A DNA stretch of 64,000 bases from Nitrosopumilus sp. (GTDB lineage: Bacteria > Planctomycetota > Planctomycetia > Pirellulales > Pirellulaceae). A program made the translations under genes and the position numbers. Position 1 is the first letter of the stretch. Every line of letters begins with the position of its first letter. This document shows, piece after piece, positions 37,665-48,108 of this stretch. Below the pieces are notes generated by a model. The model was not told the DNA's origin, ran no database searches, and saw nothing but the letters and a program-made list of their open reading frames with translations. Location: assembly GCA_964225475.1 (NCBI GenBank), contig CAXQOB010000012.1, forward strand, positions 18,521 to 82,520, written 5' to 3'.

Positions 37665-37696
37665 TGGGTTGATTGCAGTTTATGGGTTGATTGCAG
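37665..37696. repeat. Perfect 14-bp direct repeat (period 18 bp)
   Basis: TGGGTTGATTGCAG at 37665-37678 and 37683-37696, separated by TTTA, 18-49 bp upstream of the lipoprotein ATG. Confidence 0.9.
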
Positions 37697-38117
37697 GATG
37701 GAGAGGGTGACACCCCGGGCCGTGGCCTCCAATCCCAGCACCCGGTGATTCATGCTGCTGGTTAATGGATCCTGCTGGCAATTGTATACCCTATTTTACG
37801 TCAAATTACAGGTTTTCCGTATGGAACTGCTCTGGTTGCCAGCTGGGCAGTGGTGTTTCAATCCAGCGGAGATCGAGTCGGACCTCTCTTGGCAGCCACC
37901 ATCGAGAGCCAAGTCAAAGGTCATCTCTCGATGTCACGAGTCCGATTGAACAGAATCTGCTTGGATGCCTACCCGTCAGATGAAATCCCGCCTCAGAGAA
38001 CACCAAAATTTGTACCCCGACCTCTAATCCTGTTACATTTGGGTTAATGCATGGAGCGGCATCGATGATGCGAAGCTGAAATGACATCCTCTAAGTCCAC
38101 AGGCGTGAGGCGGTTCA

Positions 38118-39401
38118 ATGAGCGAGAGTTCCATATCTTTTTGTCGATCAATCGATCAATGGTCGTTAGCTGGAGGTAATCTCGAGGAGGTGCTATCCGT
38201 CTACGAGGGGCACACAATCTCCACTTCGGCGGAGGTCGAAGCGATCTGCCGAGCGTTGGATTCTTTGCATGCAAATTACCAGGCATTGGTCGGCACCGAT
38301 GATCGACCTTTGGGATTGTTAGCGAGTTATCTTTTTTCGCCGTGCAATGCAGAGGTTATGGAGTCGATTGTGAGTGGCGCGTTGCCATTATTAAGGTGGT
38401 ACGTTACCGACGCTTTATCGAAGAAACCGTATGAGCCAGCGGATTTATTAAAAGTCTTGCAACTGCTGGCGATGTTTCGTCAGAAAGAGGATATCTCGCT
38501 GATTTTTAAATCGATTCTTTTTCCAATCGAGCCAAAAGATGAAGCTTGGTTTGAGATCTTGGCCAGTTTCCGTGACAAGCATCCTTACCTCAGACCCTTT
38601 CTTCAGGCGTTGGCACAGAGGCCACCGTCGGGGCAGGCTGGTCTGGCCTTTCAGAATTTGTGCGATCACGTTGTGTTAACAAAGCAATTGTTGCCACATG
38701 CCTTCAATTCAGAGGCTGGAATGAAGCAGTTGCGAGGATACCTGCAGCCGTCGGGTCAAACCTTACCCCAGCATGCAAGGGCAGCGGTGCAGTCCGCAGC
38801 ATTTTTGGAGGAGGAAAATCGCGAAAGCCTTTTTGATCTCGCGAGCCAGCATCCGGACGAGGCTATTGTCTTTTTAGTGAATGTCACTCAGGCAAAGTTG
38901 GGGGACACCAGCCAGGAGGATGTGCTCAGGGAGCGTTGCGCCGATGTTTGTCTAAGCTACGAGACGCAACTGAAATTAAGGGAGATTGGAATGGAAGCCT
39001 TGATTCCGCAGGAAGCGGTTGAGCCTGAATTTCTTGCTTGCGCGAAAACCGCACACTGGCTGATTCACGAGAGTCCGTATCGCCGTGCGCCAGACCGCAT
39101 GCGAGTGGTTGATGAGCGTGAACTGTTTTGGTTACCACAGCATCAGCCGGTCTATTTATACGCGGTAATCTATGAATACGATCAGCCACAAGGAGAGTCA
39201 GGCCTGACCGACGGGATCGCAGTGGTGGGTGGCATCACCTGTTCGCTCATTGATGAAACCAATGCGAAGATGGATCTCGCGGATGTTTACGGATTGCATT
39301 GCTGCTGGGAACTTGAGCAATTAAATGACCCGGTAGCACCGAGGCACCGTACGCCCAAAATTGGGCGAAACCTGCTCCGAAAGAACAATCCCGATTTCTG
39401 A
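38118..39401 (+). CDS. Hypothetical protein with a HEAT-like helical N-terminal/central region
   Basis: 427 aa, helix-rich, natural composition; no catalytic motif recognised. Confidence 0.75.
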   Translation: MSESSISFCRSIDQWSLAGGNLEEVLSVYEGHTISTSAEVEAICRALDSLHANYQALVGTDDRPLGLLASYLFSPCNAEVMESIVSGALPLLRWYVTDALSKKPYEPADLLKVLQLLAMFRQKEDISLIFKSILFPIEPKDEAWFEILASFRDKHPYLRPFLQALAQRPPSGQAGLAFQNLCDHVVLTKQLLPHAFNSEAGMKQLRGYLQPSGQTLPQHARAAVQSAAFLEEENRESLFDLASQHPDEAIVFLVNVTQAKLGDTSQEDVLRERCADVCLSYETQLKLREIGMEALIPQEAVEPEFLACAKTAHWLIHESPYRRAPDRMRVVDERELFWLPQHQPVYLYAVIYEYDQPQGESGLTDGIAVVGGITCSLIDETNAKMDLADVYGLHCCWELEQLNDPVAPRHRTPKIGRNLLRKNNPDF

Positions 39402-39572
39402 GAAGCCGAGGTTCACCTGATTTGCTCGAAATGATGAAAGCCAAAGGACAGTATTTGTGCCTCATCCCACGGTCAATTTCCTTTTTCGGTCTTCCATCAT
39501 TTTGGATTCTATTATCAAATCTGCAAAATCAGCACTAAGGGGGGTTAGCCCAGCTTTGTGGAGTTTCCAAGG

Positions 39573-39581
39573 TGCTAGAAT
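39573..39581 (+). promoter_or_regulatory. Possible extended -10 promoter element for hppA
   Basis: TG-C-TAGAAT, 78 bp upstream of ATG 39659; no clear -35 element seen. Confidence 0.35.
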
Positions 39582-39658
39582 GCCCCGATGGGTGATCAGT
39601 CGAATTCGACGATACCGCAACGGATTTGCCAAACTTTAGACGAGAGGTCGTGCAAGCG

Positions 39659-42070
39659 ATGAGAGCGTACCGGTTTTTATGGGCTTTGGTGTTTTTGGTC
39701 GGCTTGATGACAACCTCGGTCGTCGGTAATCCACCTCAGGAAGATTCCGAAACGCCTGCCGCTGACACAGTCAATGCCACGGATTCGGCACCGGTTCAGG
39801 CCGATGTAACGGAGACGGTTTCTTCACCCTCTCCAAAAAGCCTTCCCTGGGTTGCTTACGTGATTCCCTTTTTTGGCGTCTTGGGACTGATTTACACCTA
39901 TTACCGTTCCGCCTGGGTCGGACGCCAAGAAGTCGGATCCGAGCGTATGGCAGGAATTGCGGCAAACATCACGGAGGGGGCGATGTCTTTTCTCCGTGCG
40001 GAATACTCCATCTTGACGCTGTTCGTGATCGTTGTCGCGTGCTTGCTTGGATACGCGGGTACTCAGGGTGATCAGTCATCTCCGCTCATTGCACTCTCGT
40101 TCGGACTCGGTGCTTTGTGCTCCGGCTTGGCCGGTTTTGTAGGAATGCGTGTCGCTACCAAAGCGAATGTTCGCACCACTCACGCCGCGAAAACCGGACT
40201 CGGCCCTGCTCTCGAGGTCGCCTTTGCTGGCGGCTCTGTCATGGGGATGGGGGTTGTTGGTTTGGGCGTCCTCGGCTTAAGCGTTCTATTGGTTATTTAC
40301 TCCAGCATCTTTGGCGTCGACCGGATCGCGCAAGTGATTACCGTATTGACGGGTTTCTCTTTTGGTGCCTCGTCGATTGCCTTGTTTGCACGAGTTGGCG
40401 GTGGGATTTACACCAAAGCTGCTGATGTAGGAGCTGACCTTGTTGGAAAGGTTGAGGCAGGGATACCTGAGGATCACCCTCTGAATCCTGCCACCATTGC
40501 TGACAATGTTGGTGACAACGTTGGAGACGTTGCTGGGATGGGAGCTGATTTATTCGAATCCTATGTGGGTTCGATCATCGGTACGATGGTTCTTGGTGCT
40601 GCGTTCGTTAGTCTCCCTGAGTATGCGGGTGACGGAATGAATGGTCTCTCCGCAGTGATGCTTCCTTTGGTGCTCGCTGGAATTGGAATTGTTACGTCGA
40701 TCGCCGGCACCTTTTTGGTAAAGGTGAAGGATGGCGGCGACCCGCATCATGCATTGAATCTCGGTGAATTTGTTTCGGCTGCTGTGCTATTGGTTCTGAC
40801 GTATGTGACCATTCAAGTCATGCTTCCAGCAACTTGGTCCGCTGATAATATCGCTTACACCAGCAACGGTGTTTTTGTGGCGATTGTTCTCGGTTTAGGA
40901 GCGGGGTTAGGGATCGGTAAAATTACGGAGTACTACACAGGCACTGGAAAACCACCTGTTGAGTCGATTGTCCGTCAATCTGTGACGGGCTCTGCAACCA
41001 CCATCATCTCCGGCGTCGGGGTCGGTATGATGTCCACCGCAGTGCCAATTCTGATCATGGCGGTTGCAATCATTGGTGCCTACAGCTGTGCCGGTCTCTA
41101 TGGCATCGCGATTGCTGCGGTAGGAATGCTCTCCAATACGGGGATTCAGCTTGCCGTGGATGCTTATGGTCCGATTTCGGACAATGCCGGTGGAATCGCA
41201 GAGATGGCCGAGCTTCCTCCCGAGGTTCGCGAGCGAACGGATAAATTGGATGCGGTTGGTAATACAACTGCCGCAATTGGAAAGGGGTTTGCGATTGGCT
41301 CTGCCGCACTGACGGCTCTCGCCCTCTTTGCTGCCTTCAAAGTAACCTACAACGAAAGTCATCCGACGACGCCGATCGTCAGTATTGACATTATTAACCC
41401 TTACGTGATGGCCTCGTTATTCGTTGGTGCAATGCTGCCCTTCCTTTTTTCTGCTTTGTCAATGAATGCGGTTGGACGTGCTGCGATGGCAATGATTGAA
41501 GAGGTGAGACGTCAATTCCGTGATCTGCCTCAATTAAGAAACGCTTTGGACGCGATGCAACGGAATGAGGGGCGTAGTGTTGAGGAGTGGTCCGAGGAGG
41601 ATCAACGTATTTTCCATGAGGCTGATGGAAAAGCTGAGTACGGGAAATGCGTTGCGATTTCCACTCGTGCATCCATCCGTGAAATGGTCCTTCCTGGTCT
41701 CGTCGCAGTTCTTGTCCCTGTTGCATTCGGTTTTGTTCCGAAGATCGGCATTGTCGCAGAGACATTGGGTTTGGGCGGTAACACCAACGCATTGATGCTT
41801 GGAGGATTACTGGCGGGTGTTACCGTCAGTGGTGTTCTACTTGCATTGTTCCAATCGAATGCTGGAGGAGCTTGGGATAACGCCAAAAAGATGATCGAAG
41901 AGGGATTCGAAGTTGACGGTGTTAAACTCACCAAAGGTAGTGAGGCTCACAAGGCTGCTGTGGTGGGAGATACCGTTGGTGACCCGTTCAAAGATACCTC
42001 CGGGCCCTCACTGAACATTCTCTTGAAGCTGATGAGTGTTGTCGCGCTCGTGATCGCCTCGATGATTTGA
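39659..42070 (+). CDS. hppA: Membrane-integral pyrophosphatase, K+-dependent, probably Na+-translocating
   Basis: [56 protein letters not shown]; [12 protein letters not shown]; [13 protein letters not shown] (Ala, K+-dependent type); GGAWDNAKK; [14 protein letters not shown]. Confidence 0.97.
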   Translation: MRAYRFLWALVFLVGLMTTSVVGNPPQEDSETPAADTVNATDSAPVQADVTETVSSPSPKSLPWVAYVIPFFGVLGLIYTYYRSAWVGRQEVGSERMAGIAANITEGAMSFLRAEYSILTLFVIVVACLLGYAGTQGDQSSPLIALSFGLGALCSGLAGFVGMRVATKANVRTTHAAKTGLGPALEVAFAGGSVMGMGVVGLGVLGLSVLLVIYSSIFGVDRIAQVITVLTGFSFGASSIALFARVGGGIYTKAADVGADLVGKVEAGIPEDHPLNPATIADNVGDNVGDVAGMGADLFESYVGSIIGTMVLGAAFVSLPEYAGDGMNGLSAVMLPLVLAGIGIVTSIAGTFLVKVKDGGDPHHALNLGEFVSAAVLLVLTYVTIQVMLPATWSADNIAYTSNGVFVAIVLGLGAGLGIGKITEYYTGTGKPPVESIVRQSVTGSATTIISGVGVGMMSTAVPILIMAVAIIGAYSCAGLYGIAIAAVGMLSNTGIQLAVDAYGPISDNAGGIAEMAELPPEVRERTDKLDAVGNTTAAIGKGFAIGSAALTALALFAAFKVTYNESHPTTPIVSIDIINPYVMASLFVGAMLPFLFSALSMNAVGRAAMAMIEEVRRQFRDLPQLRNALDAMQRNEGRSVEEWSEEDQRIFHEADGKAEYGKCVAISTRASIREMVLPGLVAVLVPVAFGFVPKIGIVAETLGLGGNTNALMLGGLLAGVTVSGVLLALFQSNAGGAWDNAKKMIEEGFEVDGVKLTKGSEAHKAAVVGDTVGDPFKDTSGPSLNILLKLMSVVALVIASMI

Positions 42071-42189
42071 CCATCATCGAGAGAGAATTGTCATATTGAC
42101 CAAACACTGCGGATGCCTGCGAGTTAGATCACAGGTCTCATGCGTTGGGTCGTCATTGAGTGGCGTTACAGGCAGTCAACGGGGAGATT

Positions 42190-43668
42190 GTGATCAAGAA
42201 CGCTCGCAAGCTAATTGGCTTTCTCTGTTTACTATTCGCGCCTCCCGCGCGAGCGGATCTTACTGAAAACCCAATTGCAACGCGTCCAAATGTCCTGCTG
42301 ATTGTTTCGGAGGACAACAGTGAGCACCTGGGCTGTTATGGTGAATCGCGAGTTCACACTCCCCACCTTGATCGTTTGGCCTCAGGGGGTGTGCGGTATA
42401 CGCGGGCTTATGTTCCCTATTCTGTTTGCAGTCCATCAAGGGCAGCGTTTCTGACGGGGCTCTACACTCGACAGACGGGCCACATTGGTCTGGCAACTCA
42501 TCGATTTTCGATGTTTCAAGACTTCAAAACCATTCCCGCGTATTTTCAGGAAGCTGGTTATTACACGGGTTTTCTTGGTAAGACCCACGTTAATCCTGAG
42601 AGATTGGTGGAGGACCACATTGATCATCGCGCCATTCCGCAATCCAATTTCAACAAATCCATCAGTATTCAGCAATACGCGGAGGAAGCGTCGCTGGTGA
42701 TGCAGGGAGCAAAGAAGCGAAATAAGCCCTTCCTGCTAATAGTTAATTATGCCGACGCGCACCGAAGCTATATCGGCAAATCAAAGGCTGGTTTTCCATC
42801 GCGTCACATCGAGGACAGTGTTGAGCCGTTCCCGTGGATTGGTTCCGATAGTGAGCATTTGCGAATGGAGATTCGAGATTACTTTAATTGTATTAATCGG
42901 CTCGATGAAGGAATTGGGATGGTGCTTGACCGCATGGTTCAGGCGGGTGTGAGAGAGAATACGTTGGTCATTTATATCAGTGATCATGGTGCTGATTTCC
43001 CGAGAGGCAAAGGCAGTGTCTATGAGCACGGAACTCGCATTCCAATGATTATCAATGATTCTCATCATTTCTCCGGAGGAAGGGTTGAGAACGCATTTGT
43101 CTCAACCATCGATCTCTTGCCCACGCTGCTGCATGCTGCGGATTTGCCGATTCCTGAACAGTTGCCAGGTTTTGCTCTGCAAGAAATTGAAACATCGAGC
43201 GAGCAGAAGCGAAAGTACATCCATACATTTACAACCGGGTCATCGCCCGGATTGCTTTACGTTCAATTTGGAATCCGTGATGAGCGATTTAAACTGATCT
43301 ATAGTCCGGATCGAGCGTTGAATCGCCTCGCTGAGTCGCGTTATCGAAATAGTCGGTTGCCTCAAGATCAACAGGTGGCCAGCTTTCTCTACCCACCGAA
43401 ATATGAGCTTTACGATCTGCAGGTCGATCCGGATGAATGGCACAACTTAGCTGAAAACCATGAGTACTCTCTGGCTCGTGATCGACTGCTGAAAGCGATG
43501 CGAGATTTCCAGGCTCGCATCGGAGATCCGTTTCTACAACCATCAAATTTGGATCAGTTCATCGCAGAGCAGAAAGAGTATCAGAGTAAAACGTACAAGC
43601 GAGCTGATTTTAGATGGCCCCATCTGCAGATGTTTGAGGCGGCTCAGTTGCCATCTGAGCGGGAGTGA
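42190..43668 (+). CDS. Sulfatase (S1, N-sulfoglucosamine sulfohydrolase-like)
   Basis: RPNVLLIVSED; CSPSRAAFLTG; GKTH; SDHG; FPRGKGSVYEHGTRIP. GGGGAG RBS before GTG 42190. Confidence 0.94.
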   Translation: MIKNARKLIGFLCLLFAPPARADLTENPIATRPNVLLIVSEDNSEHLGCYGESRVHTPHLDRLASGGVRYTRAYVPYSVCSPSRAAFLTGLYTRQTGHIGLATHRFSMFQDFKTIPAYFQEAGYYTGFLGKTHVNPERLVEDHIDHRAIPQSNFNKSISIQQYAEEASLVMQGAKKRNKPFLLIVNYADAHRSYIGKSKAGFPSRHIEDSVEPFPWIGSDSEHLRMEIRDYFNCINRLDEGIGMVLDRMVQAGVRENTLVIYISDHGADFPRGKGSVYEHGTRIPMIINDSHHFSGGRVENAFVSTIDLLPTLLHAADLPIPEQLPGFALQEIETSSEQKRKYIHTFTTGSSPGLLYVQFGIRDERFKLIYSPDRALNRLAESRYRNSRLPQDQQVASFLYPPKYELYDLQVDPDEWHNLAENHEYSLARDRLLKAMRDFQARIGDPFLQPSNLDQFIAEQKEYQSKTYKRADFRWPHLQMFEAAQLPSERE

Positions 43669-43849
43669 TTGTGTTGGTTCGATGTGTTGGCTTTGTCAAT
43701 GAAAGCTTGGTGAATGTTGGCAGATGTTTTATGCTGAACGACGCATGTCGCCATGTTTTTTCTGCGAAAACGTGGCCGCCCGAATTAATCTCAACCTATC
43801 AGTTCTGTATTTTTTTCCGCCAATTGTCTATCCGTTAGAGGTAACGATT

Positions 43850-45169
43850 GTGAGACGTTGCTTGCTCTTTGTTATCGTTGTGACAAGCGTTTTATCTGCG
43901 CATGCCGGGGGTGCAGGTCCGAACATACTGTTAATCTTTGCTGATGACGTTGGTACGGATGCAATCGGTTGTTACGGGGGGCAGTCGCATCCAACACCTC
44001 ACATCGACTCCATCGCCAGCGCAGGTATCAAGTTCAATCATTGCTATGCGATGCCTGTTTGTCATCCTTCTCGAATTTGCTTGATGACAGGCAAGTACCC
44101 TTTTCGATTTGGCGCTGCTGGCAAGCGATGGGGGGGGTTTCCGGAGGAAGCGGAAAGCGAGACCATTTCCCATGAAATGAAACGGCTTGGTTACAGAACT
44201 GCGGTGGCAGGTAAGTGGCAGCTCTGCATGATGAAGGATGATCCAATGCATCCTGGCAGACTCGGGTTTGATCGATGGATGCTTTTCGGCTGGCACGAAG
44301 GTGCTCGCTACAACGATCCTCTGCTCTACGTGAATGGTCAACAATTGGAAAGCACCGAAGGACGGTTTGGACCCGATGAGTATGTCGAGTTTCTAGTTGA
44401 TTTCATGGAGGATGCCAAGCGAGGGAATCAGCCGTTTTTCGCTTACTACCCGATGGCGTTGTGCCACGATGTCACCAATGACTTGAAAGACCAGACGGTT
44501 CCTTTTTATACGGATAACCGATGGATGACCTATGCCGAGATGATATCCGCCATGGATGATCGTATTGGTAGACTGCTTGATGAACTTGATCGGCTCGATC
44601 TCGCGAAAAACACGTTAGTACTTTTTGTGACCGATAATGGTACTGCTGCCTCGAGTTTCTTTGATGTCAATGAAAATGGGGTGATGCAGAGAAGGCCTGT
44701 GTTCAATATTCAAGATGGCGAGGTGGTGCGTGGTGGTAAGGGGCGATTACTTGATACTGGTACTCACGTGCCAATGCTTGCTCGTTGGCCCGGGGAAATT
44801 GCAGAAGGGACTGTCACAGATGCGATGGTGGATCTCACTGATTTATTGCCGACCGTTGTTGAGATTGGTGGCGGCAAGAAATCTGCGGATTCAATTGATG
44901 GAAAAAGTTATGCGGACCTTCTGAGCAGTAAGTTGGATGGTAATCGGCGACGGACTTGGGTTTACCTGGGTCATCGAGGACGGCAGGCGATCCGATCCCA
45001 TCAGGCAAAACTTTACAGTGATGGTAAGTTTTTCGATATGCTTGACGACCCTGCTGAACTCAATCCTATTTTGCCAACTCAGTTGGGGCCAAACTTAAGG
45101 AAGGAAAGCAAGATGCTTCGGGAAACACTTGATCATTTGCTCACTGAAAGTGTGCTGGCTGTAGAATAG
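43850..45169 (+). CDS. Sulfatase (S1)
   Basis: GPNILLIFADDVG; CHPSRICLMTG; GKWQL; TDNGT; GKGRLLDTGTHVP. GAGG RBS before GTG 43850. Confidence 0.93.
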   Translation: MRRCLLFVIVVTSVLSAHAGGAGPNILLIFADDVGTDAIGCYGGQSHPTPHIDSIASAGIKFNHCYAMPVCHPSRICLMTGKYPFRFGAAGKRWGGFPEEAESETISHEMKRLGYRTAVAGKWQLCMMKDDPMHPGRLGFDRWMLFGWHEGARYNDPLLYVNGQQLESTEGRFGPDEYVEFLVDFMEDAKRGNQPFFAYYPMALCHDVTNDLKDQTVPFYTDNRWMTYAEMISAMDDRIGRLLDELDRLDLAKNTLVLFVTDNGTAASSFFDVNENGVMQRRPVFNIQDGEVVRGGKGRLLDTGTHVPMLARWPGEIAEGTVTDAMVDLTDLLPTVVEIGGGKKSADSIDGKSYADLLSSKLDGNRRRTWVYLGHRGRQAIRSHQAKLYSDGKFFDMLDDPAELNPILPTQLGPNLRKESKMLRETLDHLLTESVLAVE

Positions 45170-45251
45170 AGGCCGATCCCATCGTTTGTCGAACAAACTC
45201 GTAGGCGAGGCGAGAGAGTCTGCGGAGTGGTAATTCAAAAGGTGCATACTG

Positions 45252-48041
45252 TTGAATGATGGCTTTCCCCCTCTGACGTTTGACGGGCGATTACGTCCCT
45301 CGCAGAATGATGTAATTCAGATAGCGAAAGAACAGTTGAGCCGTGGGGAGCGTCGACTTCACGTCGTTGCACCTCCCGGTACCGGCAAAACGGTACTTGG
45401 GCTCTATCTTTGGGCTCACTGTATTCGTAAGCCTGCGGTCGTGCTTTCTCCGAACTCAGCGATCCAAATGCAGTGGGCTGCAAGAACCAATTTGTTTTCG
45501 ATCGCAGCGCAAGGGGATGATCAAAGGGATTTGGTCAGTACCGATCCGAATAAACCCGGTCTCCTCACATCCCTTACCTATCAGTCCGTCACCATGCCAC
45601 AGCGTGGTGGCAGCAATTTAGATAATGCGGCAGTGCGTCTGTGGATCGAGAACTTATTAGTTAAATCGCAAGCGACTGATGAAGCAGAGGCGTCGGCTTG
45701 GATAGCTGATCTAGCTGAAAAGAACCCAGCTTATCATCGAGAAAGGCTTGCTGCATTTCGTAAGTGCGTTCGAGATGAATCGTTCATTCAGGGTAATGCC
45801 CTTGAGATGTTGCATCGTTCATCCAAAGAAACGTTGCAACGACTTCAAGATTCAGAGGTTGGTTTAATCATTCTCGATGAGTGTCACCATTTGATGGGGC
45901 ATTGGGGGAGAGTTCTTGCTGATGCATTCAATTATTTAGGTCAGCCCATCGTCGTAGGACTTACTGCAACACCTCCGGACCTTGAGGGGAAAGATCGGTT
46001 GGATGTTGAAAGATATCAGTCTTTCTTCGGTCCGATTGATTATGAAGTGCCAGTCCCGGCAGTGGTTAAAGATGGATTTCTGGCACCATACCAAGACCTT
46101 GCCTACTTTGTTCGCCCTACATCGGACGAGCTGCATTACATTGCGAATGTTGATCGAAATCTTCGCGAACTGGTAGGCAAGTTTACGGATCCACTTCTGC
46201 AAAATCCGCTCCCTCAATGGATCTATCAGGCATTAGTCGAAAAGAAGGTTGGGATAAATGTTGCCAGCGATTGGCGCGATTTTGTTCGTCGAGATGTGAA
46301 GTTTGCCGATGCCGCTCGCGTGTATTTGCACCGTCTGGGGACGAAGTTGCCAGACGATGTTCCCGCACTGAATCGATCAGATGAAGCGTTTGCAATCAGC
46401 GAGTTGGAGCTACTCGGTACCGTCATGGACCGCTACATCCGGCACTGTCTGCGGCGCAGTGAAAGCGAACAGGACAAGCAGCTCGCGCGAGAAGCGATTT
46501 CGGGTTTGAGATTATTGGGGATACAGATTACCGAAACGGGTTCGCAGCCCTGCGCGTCGCCCGTGTCACGAGTCATGGCCTATTCACTGAGTAAATGCGA
46601 GGCAATTCGCAAGATTCTGACCGCAGAGCACCAGGAACTGAAGGATCAGTTGCGAGCGGTGGTGGTTGCTGACTTTGAAAAAAGTTCTGCGATCTCGGCG
46701 GAGATTAGTCACCTCATGGATGAAGAGGTGGGCGGTGCGATCGCTGCATTCAAGGCCTTGGTGGATCACGAATCCACTGACCTTTTAGATCCCATTTTGG
46801 TGACGGGATCTAGCGTATTGCTGGATGATGATGTTGCATCAAAAATTGTTGCCGAGGCAGAAGTTTGGCTAGCTGAGCGAGGCTACCACGTGGAGCTAAC
46901 ACTTGTTGATTATGAGGGATTCAAATTACTCAAGGGGGCGGGATCGGATTGGTCACCCAAAGTTTATGTCGAACTGATTACCGATCTCTTTCAGAGAGGG
47001 TTGACGCAGTGTTTGGTCGGCACACGTGGCTTGCTGGGTGAAGGTTGGGATGCAAATCGAATCAATGTCCTCGTTGATTTGACTTGCGTGACAACGTCGA
47101 TGACCGTCAATCAATTACGAGGACGATCCATTCGTCTAGACCCAACGCATCCAGAAAAAGTCGCAAACAATTGGGACGTGGTTTGTGTGGCTGCCGAGTT
47201 TGCCAAGGGGCTTGATGACTACCATCGTTTTTGCAAGAAGCACAAGAGTCTTTTTGGGGTGACCGATGACGCGGCCATTGAGAAGGGTGTAGGACACGTT
47301 CACGCCTCGTTTACTGAAATTAGGCCCGAGGGGATTGAGGGTACTGTTTCCGCCATTAATAGTGAGATGTTGTCTCGAGTTTCCCAACGCGAGGAAACTC
47401 GAGAACGATGGAAGATCGGACAACCCTATCATCCAGAACCAGTGAAGACGTTGGAAGTGAAGATGTCGGGCGGCGGAGGTGGTTTTCCCCCTTTCGCTGG
47501 TTCGGCTGAGCCGTGGTCGCGTGGATCGTTAACTGCTGCAATTGCCGAGGCAGTGCTCGGATCGATGCAAGAGGTGGGGCTGATCAAGCAGGGGCAAAGT
47601 TTCCAGTTGAATGAACGAGAGGGTGATTATCTGCGGGTCTTCTTGGCAGATGCGTCTGAGGAAGACGCCCGGACGTTCAGTATCGCTCTGAAGGAGGCAA
47701 TCGGTCCCATTGATCGTCCTCGGTATGTCATTCCAAGAAGCGTGAATTATCAAGAAGAAACTCTTCTCTCGCGATTACTCCCTGAAGTGGTGGGGCGCTA
47801 TTTCAGAAAGAATTATCGGGAGATGGTGATGCTCCACTGTGTGCCAAGTGAACTTGCGAAACATCGTAACCTCGTCAAGGTCTACGAGAAACATTGGTCT
47901 AAATGGGTGAGTCCGGGCGAAGCATTGTACGCGCACCGCGGATCCGGTGCAGACTTGTTGGACCGTTGCTCAAGAGAGGGAATCTTGCCGAATGCGGAAG
48001 TTCGAAGCAAAGAGGTTTTTCTAAGTAAGTCGGACGACTAG
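45252..48041 (+). CDS. Superfamily 2 DEAD/DEAH-box (ResIII-like) helicase family protein
   Basis: APPGTGKT (Walker A); LDECHH; GLTATP; VGTRGLLGEGWD; QLRGRSIR; about 220-aa C-terminal region of unknown function. Confidence 0.92.
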   Translation: MNDGFPPLTFDGRLRPSQNDVIQIAKEQLSRGERRLHVVAPPGTGKTVLGLYLWAHCIRKPAVVLSPNSAIQMQWAARTNLFSIAAQGDDQRDLVSTDPNKPGLLTSLTYQSVTMPQRGGSNLDNAAVRLWIENLLVKSQATDEAEASAWIADLAEKNPAYHRERLAAFRKCVRDESFIQGNALEMLHRSSKETLQRLQDSEVGLIILDECHHLMGHWGRVLADAFNYLGQPIVVGLTATPPDLEGKDRLDVERYQSFFGPIDYEVPVPAVVKDGFLAPYQDLAYFVRPTSDELHYIANVDRNLRELVGKFTDPLLQNPLPQWIYQALVEKKVGINVASDWRDFVRRDVKFADAARVYLHRLGTKLPDDVPALNRSDEAFAISELELLGTVMDRYIRHCLRRSESEQDKQLAREAISGLRLLGIQITETGSQPCASPVSRVMAYSLSKCEAIRKILTAEHQELKDQLRAVVVADFEKSSAISAEISHLMDEEVGGAIAAFKALVDHESTDLLDPILVTGSSVLLDDDVASKIVAEAEVWLAERGYHVELTLVDYEGFKLLKGAGSDWSPKVYVELITDLFQRGLTQCLVGTRGLLGEGWDANRINVLVDLTCVTTSMTVNQLRGRSIRLDPTHPEKVANNWDVVCVAAEFAKGLDDYHRFCKKHKSLFGVTDDAAIEKGVGHVHASFTEIRPEGIEGTVSAINSEMLSRVSQREETRERWKIGQPYHPEPVKTLEVKMSGGGGGFPPFAGSAEPWSRGSLTAAIAEAVLGSMQEVGLIKQGQSFQLNEREGDYLRVFLADASEEDARTFSIALKEAIGPIDRPRYVIPRSVNYQEETLLSRLLPEVVGRYFRKNYREMVMLHCVPSELAKHRNLVKVYEKHWSKWVSPGEALYAHRGSGADLLDRCSREGILPNAEVRSKEVFLSKSDD

Positions 48042-48108
48042 CCTGATTCGGGTAGTTGAGCGTTGCTCAGCATACAAAGCTTGTTGTTGATCTGGCCTAG
48101 GGCTTGTT

